Shown: positions 44,403-55,900 of the stretch, one piece after another
Layout: every line of letters starts with the position of its first letter
Position numbering within the stretch: the stretch's first letter is position 1
Sequence record: OZ346219.1
Reading direction: 5' to 3' (one strand)
From: a phage
Length of the DNA stretch: 64,000 nt
Notes under the pieces: generated by a model
What the model was told of the DNA's origin: nothing
The model's database searches: none
The model's input: only the letters and a program-made list of their open reading frames with translations
Position numbers and translations under genes: made by a program

Positions 44403-44657
44403 ATGACAGAAGACATTTTGTTAAAACTCTATGATCGTCTGGATAACGAATTAGCAACATTGCGGGGTGAAGTTCTCTATTTGTCTAAATGCAATACAGA
44501 TCTGCTTAAGCAGATTGCAGAAAGGGATGATCAAATAAAATCCCTTTCAGGTGCATTACGTGATCGCGACAAGGCATTAGAGATTTTACAGCGTGTTACC
44601 AATAAGGAAGAATTAAAAGACTTCTTACATGGTTATGCTCATGCTATCGATCTATAA
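44403..44657 (+). CDS. Hypothetical coiled-coil protein
   Basis: 84 aa; only plus-strand gene inside the minus block; GAGGA SD; ends at bidirectional terminator 44657-44690. Confidence 0.4.
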   Translation: MTEDILLKLYDRLDNELATLRGEVLYLSKCNTDLLKQIAERDDQIKSLSGALRDRDKALEILQRVTNKEELKDFLHGYAHAIDL

Positions 44658-44690
44658 TAAAAAAGCCCGTCAATGACGGGCTTAATTTTT
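44657..44690. terminator. Bidirectional rho-independent terminator
   Basis: AAAAAAGCCCGTCAATGACGGGCTTAATTTTT; serves plus gene 44403-44657 and minus gene 44689-45741. Confidence 0.65.
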
Positions 44691-45741
44691 AATATGTATC
44701 AGCTAATTTAATTATGTTATCAAGTTCCGTGATTGGTAAAGTTTCTGTGTATCCATCTTTCAACATGGATTTATCAACAACGCCACAATGATAAGTTCTC
44801 TTTATTTCCTTTTCAAGTTCCCACGGAATCCAGCCATCAACACTTTGTTTGACGTAAACAAGTTTGTGAACAAACTTAGATTTCTGCATATGTTGTTTCA
44901 TTCTGGTTTCCGGTAATTCATTGGTTACACCAAACTTTATAAATTTATCATCTAACGTCTGGATATAAAAATATCCCATCTCAGATGGACGATAGCCAGA
45001 AGAACTACATTTCGGACACCCTTTAGCATTTCTGTTGAACGTACAATATCTTACGGAAAATTCTGCATCATGTTTTGTACATTTAAGTTTTATCCATGAA
45101 TTTGCAGTACCTATCCATTCACCATCGACACCTATATATTCATACCCTAACTTTTTACATTTATCTTCTATTCTAGATAGTGCATCTTCCACGGGAACGA
45201 CATATTCCATCTTAAATTGTTCAGCCGCGCATTTCTTACAACCACATGTACCATGATTTTTAAAATCAAAGAACTTTGTATTCTTCCAAATATGGTCATG
45301 TTTCTTGCATCTAAGAATCATCTTAGTAATTTGTGATTTCCACCCACCAACAAATCCCAAAAATTCATAATCAAGATCTTTACATTTTTCTTCAATGAAT
45401 TTGGTTGCTTCCTCTTCTGTCATAACTCCCCTACATTGAGGGCAACCAACAATAACCTTTTTAGCATAGAAACTATTACTGGAAACATCATAGACAGATC
45501 CATGCTTATTGCATTGGATAACAGATCTAGTCAATTTTCCTTTCCATTCTCCAGAAAATCCTAAAAATGTATGGTCGACAAGTTTACACCTCTCAATAAC
45601 TTTGTCCGCAAATTCTCTAGGAGATTTTGTTACTTTGTTTACTCTGTATTCTATTTCTTCCGGTTGACGAAGATCATAAACGTGGGGATTGCTCCCCACG
45701 GAATTAATATTAAGCATCCTTCCACACCTTCCTTGCATCAT
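44689..45741 (-). CDS. GIY-YIG/T5orf172-like nuclease-domain protein with three tandem Cys-rich repeats
   Basis: ATG 45741 (AAAGG SD; track start 45819 overlaps upstream gene); three ~60-aa repeats F.EKC..L.YEFLGF.GEWKG...C.KH...GCP.C then C-terminal GYFYIQTLDDKFIKFGVTNELPETR; sits between the gene 3 and gene 2 candidates. Confidence 0.5.
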   Translation of the reverse strand: MMQGRCGRMLNINSVGSNPHVYDLRQPEEIEYRVNKVTKSPREFADKVIERCKLVDHTFLGFSGEWKGKLTRSVIQCNKHGSVYDVSSNSFYAKKVIVGCPQCRGVMTEEEATKFIEEKCKDLDYEFLGFVGGWKSQITKMILRCKKHDHIWKNTKFFDFKNHGTCGCKKCAAEQFKMEYVVPVEDALSRIEDKCKKLGYEYIGVDGEWIGTANSWIKLKCTKHDAEFSVRYCTFNRNAKGCPKCSSSGYRPSEMGYFYIQTLDDKFIKFGVTNELPETRMKQHMQKSKFVHKLVYVKQSVDGWIPWELEKEIKRTYHCGVVDKSMLKDGYTETLPITELDNIIKLADTY

Positions 45742-46531
45742 AGTTTTTACCTTTAGAAACAAATTTATATGTGTTAAGGTAGATAATATTGCTCCAGTCT
45801 TTCGGGCTAATCTCAACAAGTTTTGTTTTAATGTGTCCAGGTAGATATGCTTTGATCATGTGATCACTTCCACGCATACCTTTTACATCGCTCCATTTGA
45901 TTTTTAAGCGTGTTTTATTGCTCAAGGTAGGAGTAGATGCATATTGCTTTAAAAGTGCCTCTAAAAACTGCTGACGGGCTTTAGGCGTTACATAGTGTAA
46001 GTTAAGACCCAGCATTACAGTATTACCCGCCTTTGTCTTAGAATCACCCAGACAAATGATCAGCGGGAAAACATCCCAATATGGCAAAGTGTCTTTATAC
46101 TTCGCATCATACATAAAGGTATAGATTCGCCCTACTTGCGGTTTTACAATCTGGTGTCCCTTTATTCCCGCTTTTATTGTTTTAGTAAACCACTCCTGTG
46201 ATTTTTCTTTAGGACGACTCTTTGATACAGCACGCATAGACGCACGAAAATCATTAATCATCATCATTGCGCGTTGCTGCTTATTGAGACCCTTTGCTCC
46301 TTTCCCTTTTAGTTTTTCAACTTCTATTGCTGTTTTAATTTCGCTGGCATAACGAGACATACTTTTAGTGAAAGTCGCATAGGCTATTCCCTTAGAATCT
46401 GCAAATGCTTTAGCTGTCATACCTTTGGCTTTTGCTTTCGCAAATTCTACACCCAATTCGACCCACTGTTTAGACTTTCGTTTTTGGGGAGACGGCTTTT
46501 CGTCTTCTGTGATTATTTCAAATACGCTCAT
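45710..46531 (-). CDS. Putative DNA end-protector (gp2-like by synteny and size)
   Basis: 273 aa (T4 gp2 is 274 aa), strongly basic; GAGGATAATATT leader; position between gene 4 and gene 3 candidates. Confidence 0.5.
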   Translation of the reverse strand: MSVFEIITEDEKPSPQKRKSKQWVELGVEFAKAKAKGMTAKAFADSKGIAYATFTKSMSRYASEIKTAIEVEKLKGKGAKGLNKQQRAMMMINDFRASMRAVSKSRPKEKSQEWFTKTIKAGIKGHQIVKPQVGRIYTFMYDAKYKDTLPYWDVFPLIICLGDSKTKAGNTVMLGLNLHYVTPKARQQFLEALLKQYASTPTLSNKTRLKIKWSDVKGMRGSDHMIKAYLPGHIKTKLVEISPKDWSNIIYLNTYKFVSKGKNYDARKVWKDA

Positions 46532-46542
46532 AATATTATCCT

Positions 46543-47016
46543 CTATTTGTTAAGACCTTTAAAGCCAAACACTTTCTTTAATGCATGTTCGGTGATGATC
46601 TTAAACTCCATGTTATGCTTTTGGCATAATTTCACGGCAGCTAACCATTTTTCAGTATTTTTTGTGTATGTCCATACTTCATGCATATATCGTTGCTTTG
46701 TCTTCGCGGTCATTCTTTTTGGCTTTTCCGGTGGCCTTGTCTCTTTAGCTGGTTTAACTTCCCATAAATGCTCCTTGCCATCATCAAACTTAACGTAAAA
46801 ATCCATAAAGTATCTGTGTCTTTTCCCGTCTGTTGATGACTCATAAGGAATTACTACGGTCTCAGATCCCCATTTTGCAACTCTAGGATTGCGGTCTAAA
46901 AATTTCATTATATGTAATTCCCAACTTGACCTGTAGACGATTTTTTTCAGGTCGCCTTTATACTTCTCCGGGTTTTCAGGTCTATATTTACCCTTATATG
47001 TGTTGCAATTACCCAT
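46543..47016 (-). CDS. Putative head completion protein (gp4-like by synteny); PD-(D/E)xK-like motif
   Basis: 157 aa (T4 gp4 ~150 aa); AAGGTGG SD; FMDFYVKF...HLWEVKP resembles a D...E.K nuclease motif. Confidence 0.45.
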   Translation of the reverse strand: MGNCNTYKGKYRPENPEKYKGDLKKIVYRSSWELHIMKFLDRNPRVAKWGSETVVIPYESSTDGKRHRYFMDFYVKFDDGKEHLWEVKPAKETRPPEKPKRMTAKTKQRYMHEVWTYTKNTEKWLAAVKLCQKHNMEFKIITEHALKKVFGFKGLNK

Positions 47017-47711
47017 TATACCACCTTCTTCTTGCAGTTGTCACCATGCCATCTAACATAATTTCCCTGATTGGCTGTTTTTCCACAATGAGGACAGGTG
47101 AAATACGGACGAGACTTTGACAATTCACTATATTTTTGTTTCATTTCTGGCGTGTTATGAATACGTTTCCATTTCTCTACGTTTTCTTGTGACAACTTTC
47201 TACCCTTACCCGCTTTAGAGATGTTGTCTCTCCATTCTTGTGTAATTTCTCTTGACGCAATATTTCTTTTATGTTCTTCTGTAAACACTCTACCTTTTAA
47301 TGAAGCAGATAATTTCTGTCGATGTTCCTCAGATAATTTAATTCCTTTTCTCTTTCCTTTAGTTGCTTCTGATATTCTGCGTCTAGTCTCTTCGGATCTT
47401 TTTCTTCCTGTATGAAATTTTCTTGAAGTCTCGACCGCAAGTTTTCTTACCCACTCAAATTGTTTATTGTTATAGTTGGTAGACCCCATCAATATTTTCG
47501 CCGCATGTACAATTCCGTGATGTGTTGGATGCATTTTTGCTAAAAGTTGATGAGCAACAAAATGTTCAGACCCCGTTAACTCAACTATATTTTCTGGACT
47601 ATCATCACCTCCCATACAACGAGGAATAATATGATGTTTTTCTTTATATCCTTCAAGCGTTCTATGCTTTGCGCGTTCAATTAATCGATCATAATGTTTT
47701 TGATAGTCCAT
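47016..47711 (-). CDS. HNH homing endonuclease (Mob-like) with basic repeat region and zinc finger
   Basis: 231 aa; HHIIPRCMGGDDSPENIVELTGSEHFVAH HNH core; repeated basic G[KR]..SEEH[KR] motifs; C-terminal CPHCG; divergent from gene 53 and shares its leader through a 14-bp inverted repeat. Confidence 0.75.
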   Translation of the reverse strand: MDYQKHYDRLIERAKHRTLEGYKEKHHIIPRCMGGDDSPENIVELTGSEHFVAHQLLAKMHPTHHGIVHAAKILMGSTNYNNKQFEWVRKLAVETSRKFHTGRKRSEETRRRISEATKGKRKGIKLSEEHRQKLSASLKGRVFTEEHKRNIASREITQEWRDNISKAGKGRKLSQENVEKWKRIHNTPEMKQKYSELSKSRPYFTCPHCGKTANQGNYVRWHGDNCKKKVV

Positions 47712-47769
47712 TTTAGCACCCTTTATTATAAATACATAATACTATTTATCAATTGAGGGTGCTAAAATG
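47709..47769. repeat. Perfect 14-bp inverted repeat containing both divergent start codons
   Basis: 47709-47722 CATTTTAGCACCCT and 47756-47769 AGGGTGCTAAAATG; includes HNH ATG (47711, minus) and gene 53 ATG (47767, plus); flanks late promoter. Confidence 0.7.
47727..47734 (+). promoter_or_regulatory. T4-type late promoter (TATAAATA) for gene 53
   Basis: Exact TATAAATA ~33 nt upstream of gene 53 ATG. Confidence 0.55.
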
Positions 47770-48321
47770 CTCTTTTCTTTCTTCCCTGCCATTGAATACA
47801 ACGGCAAGATGATTACTGACATTGTGCGCAATTACCGCGCATATTTCAACGCAATAATTTCTGATTATAACATACAAACATATTACATTCAAGGGAGTCC
47901 ACGACCGGAACAAGTTGCATATGAAGTATACGGAAACCAACAACTTTATTGGATCTTGCTGATGCTTAATGACGTATACGATCCGTTCCATGACTGGATC
48001 ACCGATCAAGAGACAGCATATGAATCAGCCGAACAGCGATATGCAAATGTAGGAGGAAATCAAGTATTATACCACGTTGATATTGACGGAAACAAGTATT
48101 GGAATCTTACCGAATATCCGAAAGGATCAAGCAATTGGTATGATAAAGGGGATATTCATCATCGTCATTTGCAGTTTCAAGGTGCACTATCGGCAGTAGA
48201 CACACTGGAAGATGCGATTCTCCGCAATGAGGAACGACGCAAGATCAAGATCATAGATCCTACACAAATTAAACAATTTATTAACGCATTCATTCGAGAA
48301 ATGGAAAAGGCTGATGTGTAA
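47767..48321 (+). CDS. 53: Baseplate wedge protein gp53
   Basis: 184 aa; MLFSFFPAIEY, YYIQGSPRPE, QLYWILLMLND, VDTLEDAIL align to recalled T4 gp53; late promoter TATAAATA at 47727-47734. Confidence 0.9.
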   Translation: MLFSFFPAIEYNGKMITDIVRNYRAYFNAIISDYNIQTYYIQGSPRPEQVAYEVYGNQQLYWILLMLNDVYDPFHDWITDQETAYESAEQRYANVGGNQVLYHVDIDGNKYWNLTEYPKGSSNWYDKGDIHHRHLQFQGALSAVDTLEDAILRNEERRKIKIIDPTQIKQFINAFIREMEKADV

Positions 48322-48332
48322 GGTGATTAATT

Positions 48333-50132
48333 ATGCTAATGTTTAATAACTCCGTTAAATGGTTTACCGGAATTGTAGAAAACAGGGAAGACCCGTTAAT
48401 GCTGGGGCGTGTTCAGGTTAGGATTCATGGTATACATCCCTCGCTATCCGCGCACGGTGACATTCAAGGTCTTCCAACAGAAGATCTATTATGGATTACG
48501 CCAATACAAGATATTACAAGCGCGGCGATCTCCGGTATAGGTCAAAGCCCTACTGGTATTGTTGAAGGTTCAATGGTATTTGGTTTGGCTTTAGATGAAC
48601 GTTATTTAAACTGCGTTATTCTGGGTACTATTGCCGGACAATATACAGAGAAACCACTCACTACAGAAGGTTTTTGCGACCCTTCTGGTGCATATCCTCG
48701 TTATATTGGTAATGATGTTAATATTCTTGCTCGTGGCGGTATTAACCCAGAAACCGGACAAACAACAAAACCTGATAGTGTCTATATTCGAGATGAAAAC
48801 ACTGGAGTTGCAGTAAATCCAGACGACGAGCCATTAGACCAAATTCCGGTTGATGATAATCCTGATTTTACAATAGAAAAAATGCTGCGGGGCGATGAGG
48901 GATATCGCGAGAAATGGTATCTTGATTCAGAAGGATATCCGACAATAGGCATCGGGCATTTGATCATTTATAAGAAAACCAGTGATCTTGGTATTATCAA
49001 TAATGAACTTTCTAAGCTGGTAGGGCGTGAAGTTACAAACGGAAGACTTACCGCCGAAGAAGTTAGTAAAGTATTTGCTGACGATATAGAAAAGACTCGT
49101 CGTGATATGCGCAAACATCCACGAATTGCACCTGTCTATAATAAATGTAATGCCTCACGTCGTATGGCATTAGAAAATATGGCGTTTCAAATGGGTGTTG
49201 GAGGATTGGGTAAATTTAAGAATAGTCTTGCTGCGATGTTAGCGGAAGAATGGAAACAAGCCTATGATGGATTACGTCAATCGGTATGGGCTAACCAAAC
49301 TCCAGGACGCTCCAGCCGTGTTTCTAAAATTATTTTAACTGGTAACTTAGAATCATATGGCGTAATTGCTCCAAAGAAAGAGGAATCAATTTCGGATGAT
49401 CCGCGAGCACGTTTGAGAAATGCCCGTATTGCTGCCTATAAGACGCAGAGAGCAGAAGAAGACCCAGAAGCACCGTTTACCCCACAAGACACACGAATCA
49501 TGTTTAAAGAGCCTAAGAGTTCGTATTCTGCGAGGTATCCTTATAACCATGTGTACGAGTCAGAGAGCGGTCATATTATCGAGATTGATGATACTCCTTC
49601 TCATGAGCGATATCATCGCAAACATCCTTCTGGTACATTTGAAGAAACCAGACCGGACGGAACGAGGGTAGAAAAGATTGAAGGCGATGATTATCTGATC
49701 GTTAAACAAGGCCGGAAAGTAAACGTTAAGGGTAATTTGCAAGTTGTTGTTGAAGGTGACGCGCAAGTTTATTATATGGGTAATGTGATGCAAACCGTTG
49801 ATGGTAACGTCACGGAATTTATTCGTGGTAATGTTAATCAGACCGTTGAGGGTACAGCTAATATGCATGTTGTAGGTGATGTTACCGCTCAACTTGACGC
49901 TAATTTAACGGCTAATGTCAAGGGTAATGCTGAATTAATGATCGAGGGCAACACTACCGAAACAATTAAAGGTAACTATGATTTAACCGTTGAGGGTAAT
50001 TTTAATATGACCGTCAATGGCACTAAATCAGATCAGGTTAATGGTGACTGGTCCCGTAATTGTGGTGCAAGCGTTAAAGATATTGCATCTGGTACAGTTA
50101 AAATTGATGGTAGCCGTATTGATCTTGGGTGA
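48333..50132 (+). CDS. 5: Baseplate hub/tail lysozyme gp5
   Basis: 599 aa; OB-fold N-terminus, lysozyme motif EGYPTIGIGHL, C-terminal beta-helix repeats; AAGGTGA SD. Confidence 0.9.
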   Translation: MLMFNNSVKWFTGIVENREDPLMLGRVQVRIHGIHPSLSAHGDIQGLPTEDLLWITPIQDITSAAISGIGQSPTGIVEGSMVFGLALDERYLNCVILGTIAGQYTEKPLTTEGFCDPSGAYPRYIGNDVNILARGGINPETGQTTKPDSVYIRDENTGVAVNPDDEPLDQIPVDDNPDFTIEKMLRGDEGYREKWYLDSEGYPTIGIGHLIIYKKTSDLGIINNELSKLVGREVTNGRLTAEEVSKVFADDIEKTRRDMRKHPRIAPVYNKCNASRRMALENMAFQMGVGGLGKFKNSLAAMLAEEWKQAYDGLRQSVWANQTPGRSSRVSKIILTGNLESYGVIAPKKEESISDDPRARLRNARIAAYKTQRAEEDPEAPFTPQDTRIMFKEPKSSYSARYPYNHVYESESGHIIEIDDTPSHERYHRKHPSGTFEETRPDGTRVEKIEGDDYLIVKQGRKVNVKGNLQVVVEGDAQVYYMGNVMQTVDGNVTEFIRGNVNQTVEGTANMHVVGDVTAQLDANLTANVKGNAELMIEGNTTETIKGNYDLTVEGNFNMTVNGTKSDQVNGDWSRNCGASVKDIASGTVKIDGSRIDLG

Positions 50133-50140
50133 GGTAACTA

Positions 50141-50707
50141 ATGGTTGAAATTCTTCCGATGAGTTCAAAATTGGAGGATATCAGCGAGCGAGAAATCTTT
50201 GAGGTGGTGTTCTCTTATAAAGCAACGCCACCGGATGCAAATACCACATACACGATTAAAGAGTTTAAGATCAGCGAGTATCGCCCTAATAAGGGCGTTA
50301 CCGTTGAAGAAACTAAAATATCTGGTGAGTATCGGGATAGTTTTTCGCTTGGCGCGGATTCTCTTAAATATATAACGAAAGATCGAATTAAAAAATCTGC
50401 CGGAAGTTTTGATGATTTACCAGATCCAACTACCGCAGATCTATATTATTTTAACGCTCCTACACGTCTACAGGAGGTTTATACTTATAAAGTCACCCTA
50501 ACCTATATCCAATCTGTTTCAGAGTCTTCTGGTGGTTCTGGTGAAGGAAATAGTGGTGGTTCCAATAGCCGAGAGGGTGCTGGTGAAACTAATCCGCCTC
50601 CGGTAGTAACCGAACACACAATAGAGAAAGTTTATACTCAAACCGTTTTTGGAAATTGGGATGAGTGGGCGCAGCAACTAAGAGATTATGTACATAGGGG
50701 TGTTTAA
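50141..50707 (+). CDS. Hypothetical protein at the position of T4 5.1
   Basis: 188 aa; GAGGT SD; Ser/Gly-rich linker; positional only. Confidence 0.45.
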   Translation: MVEILPMSSKLEDISEREIFEVVFSYKATPPDANTTYTIKEFKISEYRPNKGVTVEETKISGEYRDSFSLGADSLKYITKDRIKKSAGSFDDLPDPTTADLYYFNAPTRLQEVYTYKVTLTYIQSVSESSGGSGEGNSGGSNSREGAGETNPPPVVTEHTIEKVYTQTVFGNWDEWAQQLRDYVHRGV

Positions 50708-51000
50708 TGGCTGGATTATCCTACGATAAAGCTAAAACTACAGGGCACGGAAACTACCCACCTACGGTAATTAATGCAACTCAATCTAAGGTATTTGTTG
50801 AGGGTATCCCTGTATTAGTCGAAGGAGACCCAATTACACCACATACAAAAACAACAAAGCCTTATGATACACACGGGGGAACTACGGTCGCCAGTACCCC
50901 GAAAGTATTTGTTACCGGAAAGAAAGCAATTCAAATGGCAGATCGTATTAGCTGTGGCGATACCGTCGCTATGGCATCACCGAAGGTATTCATAAAATGA
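50707..51000 (+). CDS. 5.4: PAAR-like baseplate spike tip (gp5.4-like)
   Basis: 97 aa, size of T4 gp5.4; [18 protein letters not shown] and [19 protein letters not shown] are PAAR-like; immediately after gene 5. Confidence 0.7.
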   Translation: MAGLSYDKAKTTGHGNYPPTVINATQSKVFVEGIPVLVEGDPITPHTKTTKPYDTHGGTTVASTPKVFVTGKKAIQMADRISCGDTVAMASPKVFIK

Positions 51001-52901
51001 CAAAGCAAAAGATTACACAAATTCCTGATATTTTTAATGCTGCTACATTCGATGAAATTAAAAGCGCATTAACAGACTGGATGAGAAACCAGGAAGAATT
51101 TAAAGATTTTGATTTTAATGGTGCTGGTATTAACGTATTGATGGACTTGCTCGCATATAACACTCTGTATATTCAGCAATTCGCTAACGCCGCGCTATAT
51201 GAATCTTTTATCAGAACGGCAATTAAGCGTAGTTCAGTTGTTCAAGCCGCGCAAGATTTAGGATATTTGCCAGCAAGTAAAACTAGTGCATCGACTACAA
51301 TTATGTTGCACGTAACACATCCGCGAAATCCGGCAAGTATTCGAATCCCACGAGGAACTAAATTTATTGCAAGTGTGGATCGCCAGACTTCTTACCCGTT
51401 TGTGACTACAGAAGACGTTGTGAGCGTTTTAGGTTCAAATGGTTTATATACGCCTATGCTTAAAGTCGCACAAGGTCGTATTGTTCGTACAGAAATGTTA
51501 TTTGATCCGAAGAAACAAATTCTGATCCGCGATCCTGATATTGACCGCGCTCAGGTTAAGTTGTGGGTAGATGGTGCTGAATGGAAAGACTGGACGCGAG
51601 AAAGTATTGTTAATGCAACTGGCGCTAGTAATATTTTCTATATGCGTGAAACCGTAGACGGACATACTGAAATTTTCTTTGGTGAGGGTGAATCAACTTT
51701 ATCTGCCGCTGGCGGTGCACTGGAAGCAAATTATATTGGTGGACTTAAGCCGTCAACTGGTGCTAATATTGTTATCGAATATATCAGCACTAAAGGCGCG
51801 GAAGCAAACGGTTCAGTTAATTTCACATACGCGGATACATTGGCATCAATTTCTATTGTTAAAATTATTGAGAATCCGACAAATGATCGTGATTATGTCG
51901 GTGCAGATGGTGGTGGTGATCCTGAATCAATCGAACGTATCCGTGAACTTGCTCCGGTAATGCGTGAATCTCAGCGTCGTTGTGTGACTGCTTCCGACTA
52001 TGAGGCTTTTGTGTCTAGCCGTTTTGGTAGTATTGTTCAGGCGGTACAATGTTTCACCGACCGAGAAAAACCGGGTTATGCTTTTGTTGCTGTTAAGCCT
52101 AAATCTGGCTTGCGCTTGACAACCGTTCAAAAAGAAGATATGCGGGATTATCTGGCAAAATATAACCTTGCCCCTATCACGCCGAGCATCATTGACCCTA
52201 ACTATCTGTATATTAAACAGAATATTAAAGTTTCCTATTCAATCAACGACTTGTCAGAATCAGAGCAGTGGTTGCGCGGTGCGGTTATTGATCAGATTGA
52301 TGCATATTATACCGACGAAGTGGAAATTTTTAACCAGACCTTTAGTAAGTCTAAAATGCTTGCGCGTATTGACAAAGCTGATGTATCTGTGATAGGTTCT
52401 AGTGCAGAAATCGAGATGGTGCGAGAGATCGACAACTTCTATAAAGCACCGATGGCTGGAATCAAGTTTTTAAACCAGTATAAGAGCGGAATCAAGTCTA
52501 GTTCATTCAACTTCGAAAAGGACGACAAGCAATATCCAATCCATTATGTAAGTACAGAAATGAACAAAGAATCCGGTTTAGCTAAATTGCTGGTTGGACC
52601 TTTCCCTGTTGATTCTACAATCGCTTTACCGCACTATTCCGGCACTGATTTTGATAAAGAGGTTATTGACGGGGCGGACCTATACTTTGAGGTTGGAGAG
52701 GTTCAGCATTATGACGACCTTATTTCATGGGATCTGGGTAAACTGAATATCAATAGCGATCGCTTTACTGGTTCATATATTGAGTTGACAGCTAAACCGA
52801 TTGCTGATAACATCTTTACTAAAGACGGTTCTTTGATCGTGTTTGAAAACGATCTCCGTCCTCAGTACACAACTATTAGTCTGGAGGCAATTGCTCAATG
52901 A
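50997..52901 (+). CDS. 6: Baseplate wedge protein gp6
   Basis: 634 aa (T4 gp6 ~660); position between 5.4 and 7; start overlaps upstream stop. Confidence 0.8.
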   Translation: MTKQKITQIPDIFNAATFDEIKSALTDWMRNQEEFKDFDFNGAGINVLMDLLAYNTLYIQQFANAALYESFIRTAIKRSSVVQAAQDLGYLPASKTSASTTIMLHVTHPRNPASIRIPRGTKFIASVDRQTSYPFVTTEDVVSVLGSNGLYTPMLKVAQGRIVRTEMLFDPKKQILIRDPDIDRAQVKLWVDGAEWKDWTRESIVNATGASNIFYMRETVDGHTEIFFGEGESTLSAAGGALEANYIGGLKPSTGANIVIEYISTKGAEANGSVNFTYADTLASISIVKIIENPTNDRDYVGADGGGDPESIERIRELAPVMRESQRRCVTASDYEAFVSSRFGSIVQAVQCFTDREKPGYAFVAVKPKSGLRLTTVQKEDMRDYLAKYNLAPITPSIIDPNYLYIKQNIKVSYSINDLSESEQWLRGAVIDQIDAYYTDEVEIFNQTFSKSKMLARIDKADVSVIGSSAEIEMVREIDNFYKAPMAGIKFLNQYKSGIKSSSFNFEKDDKQYPIHYVSTEMNKESGLAKLLVGPFPVDSTIALPHYSGTDFDKEVIDGADLYFEVGEVQHYDDLISWDLGKLNINSDRFTGSYIELTAKPIADNIFTKDGSLIVFENDLRPQYTTISLEAIAQ

Positions 52902-55900
52902 TTAAAGCGCCTAGTGTAACTAGCTTGACAATAGAAAAATTGTCTGCTAATCAGGCGTATATCACATGGGATGACGTAGGCGAAAACTTCTTTTATTTTG
53001 TGGAGTTAGCCGAAACCAGAACACGAGACGGGGAGATCATCCCCGTCGATGAGTTAAGCTGGGTAAACCTGGGATATACTGCCGAACAAAACTGGTTTGA
53101 GGATAAAAACCTTTTTCCAGAATATTATTACAAGTTTCGTGTAGCAGTAGCCGCAGAAGGATTTGAACAAAGTAAATGGGTTGAGACAGAAGAGTTTCAG
53201 ACATTTAAAACAAACGCATATAATTTTTCTATGATGCGAGAGTTCAACCTTGCAAACGAGTTTATAAAGGAAAAATTTACATACGATAATCGAGAGTATG
53301 TCAAGTTTAATACTGACCTGATTCAAGCATCATTGATGAAGGAAGATTTTGTCTTTAGTCCTGAATATGCAAACATGACAAATATCTCAAACTACATTGT
53401 AGTTGATGAGAACTTTCATGAAATACAGGACCACATAGAAAAAGTTTGTACTGATATAAACCGCACTATGTTAGCGGAAATGAACGGTGTTTTGTACCTT
53501 TTCGAACGGTTCCAGCCGATCGTGAAAGTGTCAAATGATAAAGGCCAATCATGGAAAGCATACAAGGCTTTTAATGACCGTGTAGGCAATCCAGTTTCCC
53601 GTACATGCGTTTATCAGTCTAAAACCACTACTTACGTTTTAGGATATGATCGAATCTTTTACGGACGACAAGCGAGCGATACTCGATGGAGAGCGGACGA
53701 TGTTCGATTTAGTGATGATACGATCACTTTTGCAAAGGTCGGTGACGAAAACGATTTAGGCTTTGACGTTGAGGTCTTTGGTGTATTTTCCAGATTAACA
53801 GGTGATACCACAAAATACGCCGAAGCTATGGCGTGTAGTGATGACTATTTGTGGGTTGGTGCTAAAGATGTTATTCGCAGGATTCGTCTTAAGAATACTC
53901 CTGTTGATACCGTACAGGGTTCGCCTACGTTTGGAGAAAAAATATTCGATCCTGATGTTATCCGAGTAACAGGAAATGATAAAGCTGTCATTCAGAAAAT
54001 GGATGTGATCGACGGTAAATTGCTTGTATTTGTTACGGGTGAAGTTAAACAGCGTTATCAAGATCCAACTAAACCAGAAAACGTTGTTCCGTCAGATGAT
54101 GCTGGTGTATACTTAATAGGGAGTGATGGTCTGTCTTTTCAGAGAGTATTTGGCAACACTCCGCAGGAAAGGGAATATATTCAGCATGGGTTCAGTAATA
54201 TGTCAACCAATGGTGATGAGGTGTTCATAAGCCATTATAATCATCACTTCGAAAGCATTTTACCTGATCCAGAAACTGCCGAGAAATATGAATTGGGCGA
54301 AGCTGTAAAATATTCTCAGGAGCCAACTTATCTAACTGATAAGAAAATACATCAAACTACTTTCAGAGCAAGTTATGATGATTTGCGTATTTGGGAGTTA
54401 GGACCGCAAGCGTATTATAACGAGGCTGATTATACATGGATGCGTCGAAACGGTGTCCGTGTGTGGATCACAAATGATAATCGCCCGTTGGTTGTTTATC
54501 CAGAGGTTATCTATACTCAAGAAGTTGATACGTCTGGCATTCTTGACCAAAATAGGGTCAACCGAGAAGTTTATGATAAAGGGACCGTGACCTGTTATCT
54601 TAACAATGTTAAATTTGAAGGATTCAAACAATATGCATCCGGTGTAATGTTCCATAAAAACACAGGAGAGATCATAGGATTCTATCAATTTAATTATCGT
54701 GTTCGTGATCAGGTTGGTGTATATTGGAAACCTACAAATGTAGCATTTGTTGCTGAATTGCAAAATCAGGTTCGAGAGGTTCCCTGGGTTCCGGTTCACT
54801 ACGATCGAGAGCAAGATCCAGATTTGCGGCCTTTACTGAATAAGATGACGCCGGATAGCTTTTTACTTGAGAACGAAAATTTCAGAAAATTCTCTGAATA
54901 TTATCTGCAATTCTTAAGCGATGGTTCAGGAACATATTATAATAAACTAAAAAATCTGATTAAAAACAAATATCCACGCGAGAAAGATGCATATGAGTAT
55001 CTTTGGTCAGAGATGAACAAACGAAACATATATGCAGATAAAAACAAGCGAGATGCGGTAGTAAGATTCTTTGAATCCCGCAAATCAGATTTTTATTCCA
55101 CTAAGGGTGTGGAGGCTTCTTATAAGTTCTTGTTTAAGTTACTTTATAATGAAGATGTGGAAATTGAGGTTGAATCACAAGCCGGACTAGAGTATGATAT
55201 TGTTGTTAGTTCAACGAACATTGACGAGGATATCGTAGGTCGCACGATTTATACTCCGACCGGACGGGCTAACGTGACTTACCTTGAAAGGGAATATGAA
55301 GGTGGTCGCCTACGCTGGCGAGTAACCATTCATAACCTGATCGGGCGGTTCGAAGAAGGTCAAGTGATCAAATCAGAGAAAACAGCGTTTGAAGGGATGA
55401 TCCTTGTTGGTGTTCGTGGTAAAGAGTTGTTGAGTAGTTCAATCGACTATATCAACCGCTCACGAAGCCAATACACCATGAAGATTAAAAGTGCATTGCC
55501 AGTTTCGCGCTATGCAAATGATGTAATGCGATTCGTTCATCCTGTCGGCTTTGGGTTTATCGGTGTTACCCTGCTTACAATGTTCATTAACAGCGGGTTA
55601 AGCATGAAGCACACCGAGACTATAATTCAATCTCTGAAAAATTATAAGTTTGACAGCGGATTGCCTAGCGTGTATCCTGATCGGGTGGCAGACCTTGACG
55701 TTGACGGAAACATTAAGAAAGACCCGCTTACCGGAAAAGCATTATATTTGACTTCACCTTTAATTGGTGAAGAATTTCCGGTTCCCCCTGAATATGATCA
55801 GGAGAACAGCGAATTGTTCCACGGACTTAAAGCAAGCGAACGAAGATTTGCAATGAGTCCACTGTTTGACCAGTCGGCGGTAACATTCTCTATGTTCCGT

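Noticed and set aside
33-47711. Track start codons at upstream GTG/TTG for many minus-strand genes
   Set aside because: In most cases a downstream in-frame ATG has a canonical SD 5-10 nt upstream and abuts the preceding stop; ATG starts reported instead. Gene 55 is the exception, where GTG with GAGGGTG looks genuine.
48333-50132. gp5 lysozyme domain as the phage endolysin
   Set aside because: The GYPTIGIGHL motif lies inside the 599-aa baseplate hub, which in T4 acts during tail penetration, not lysis; not counted as an e homologue.
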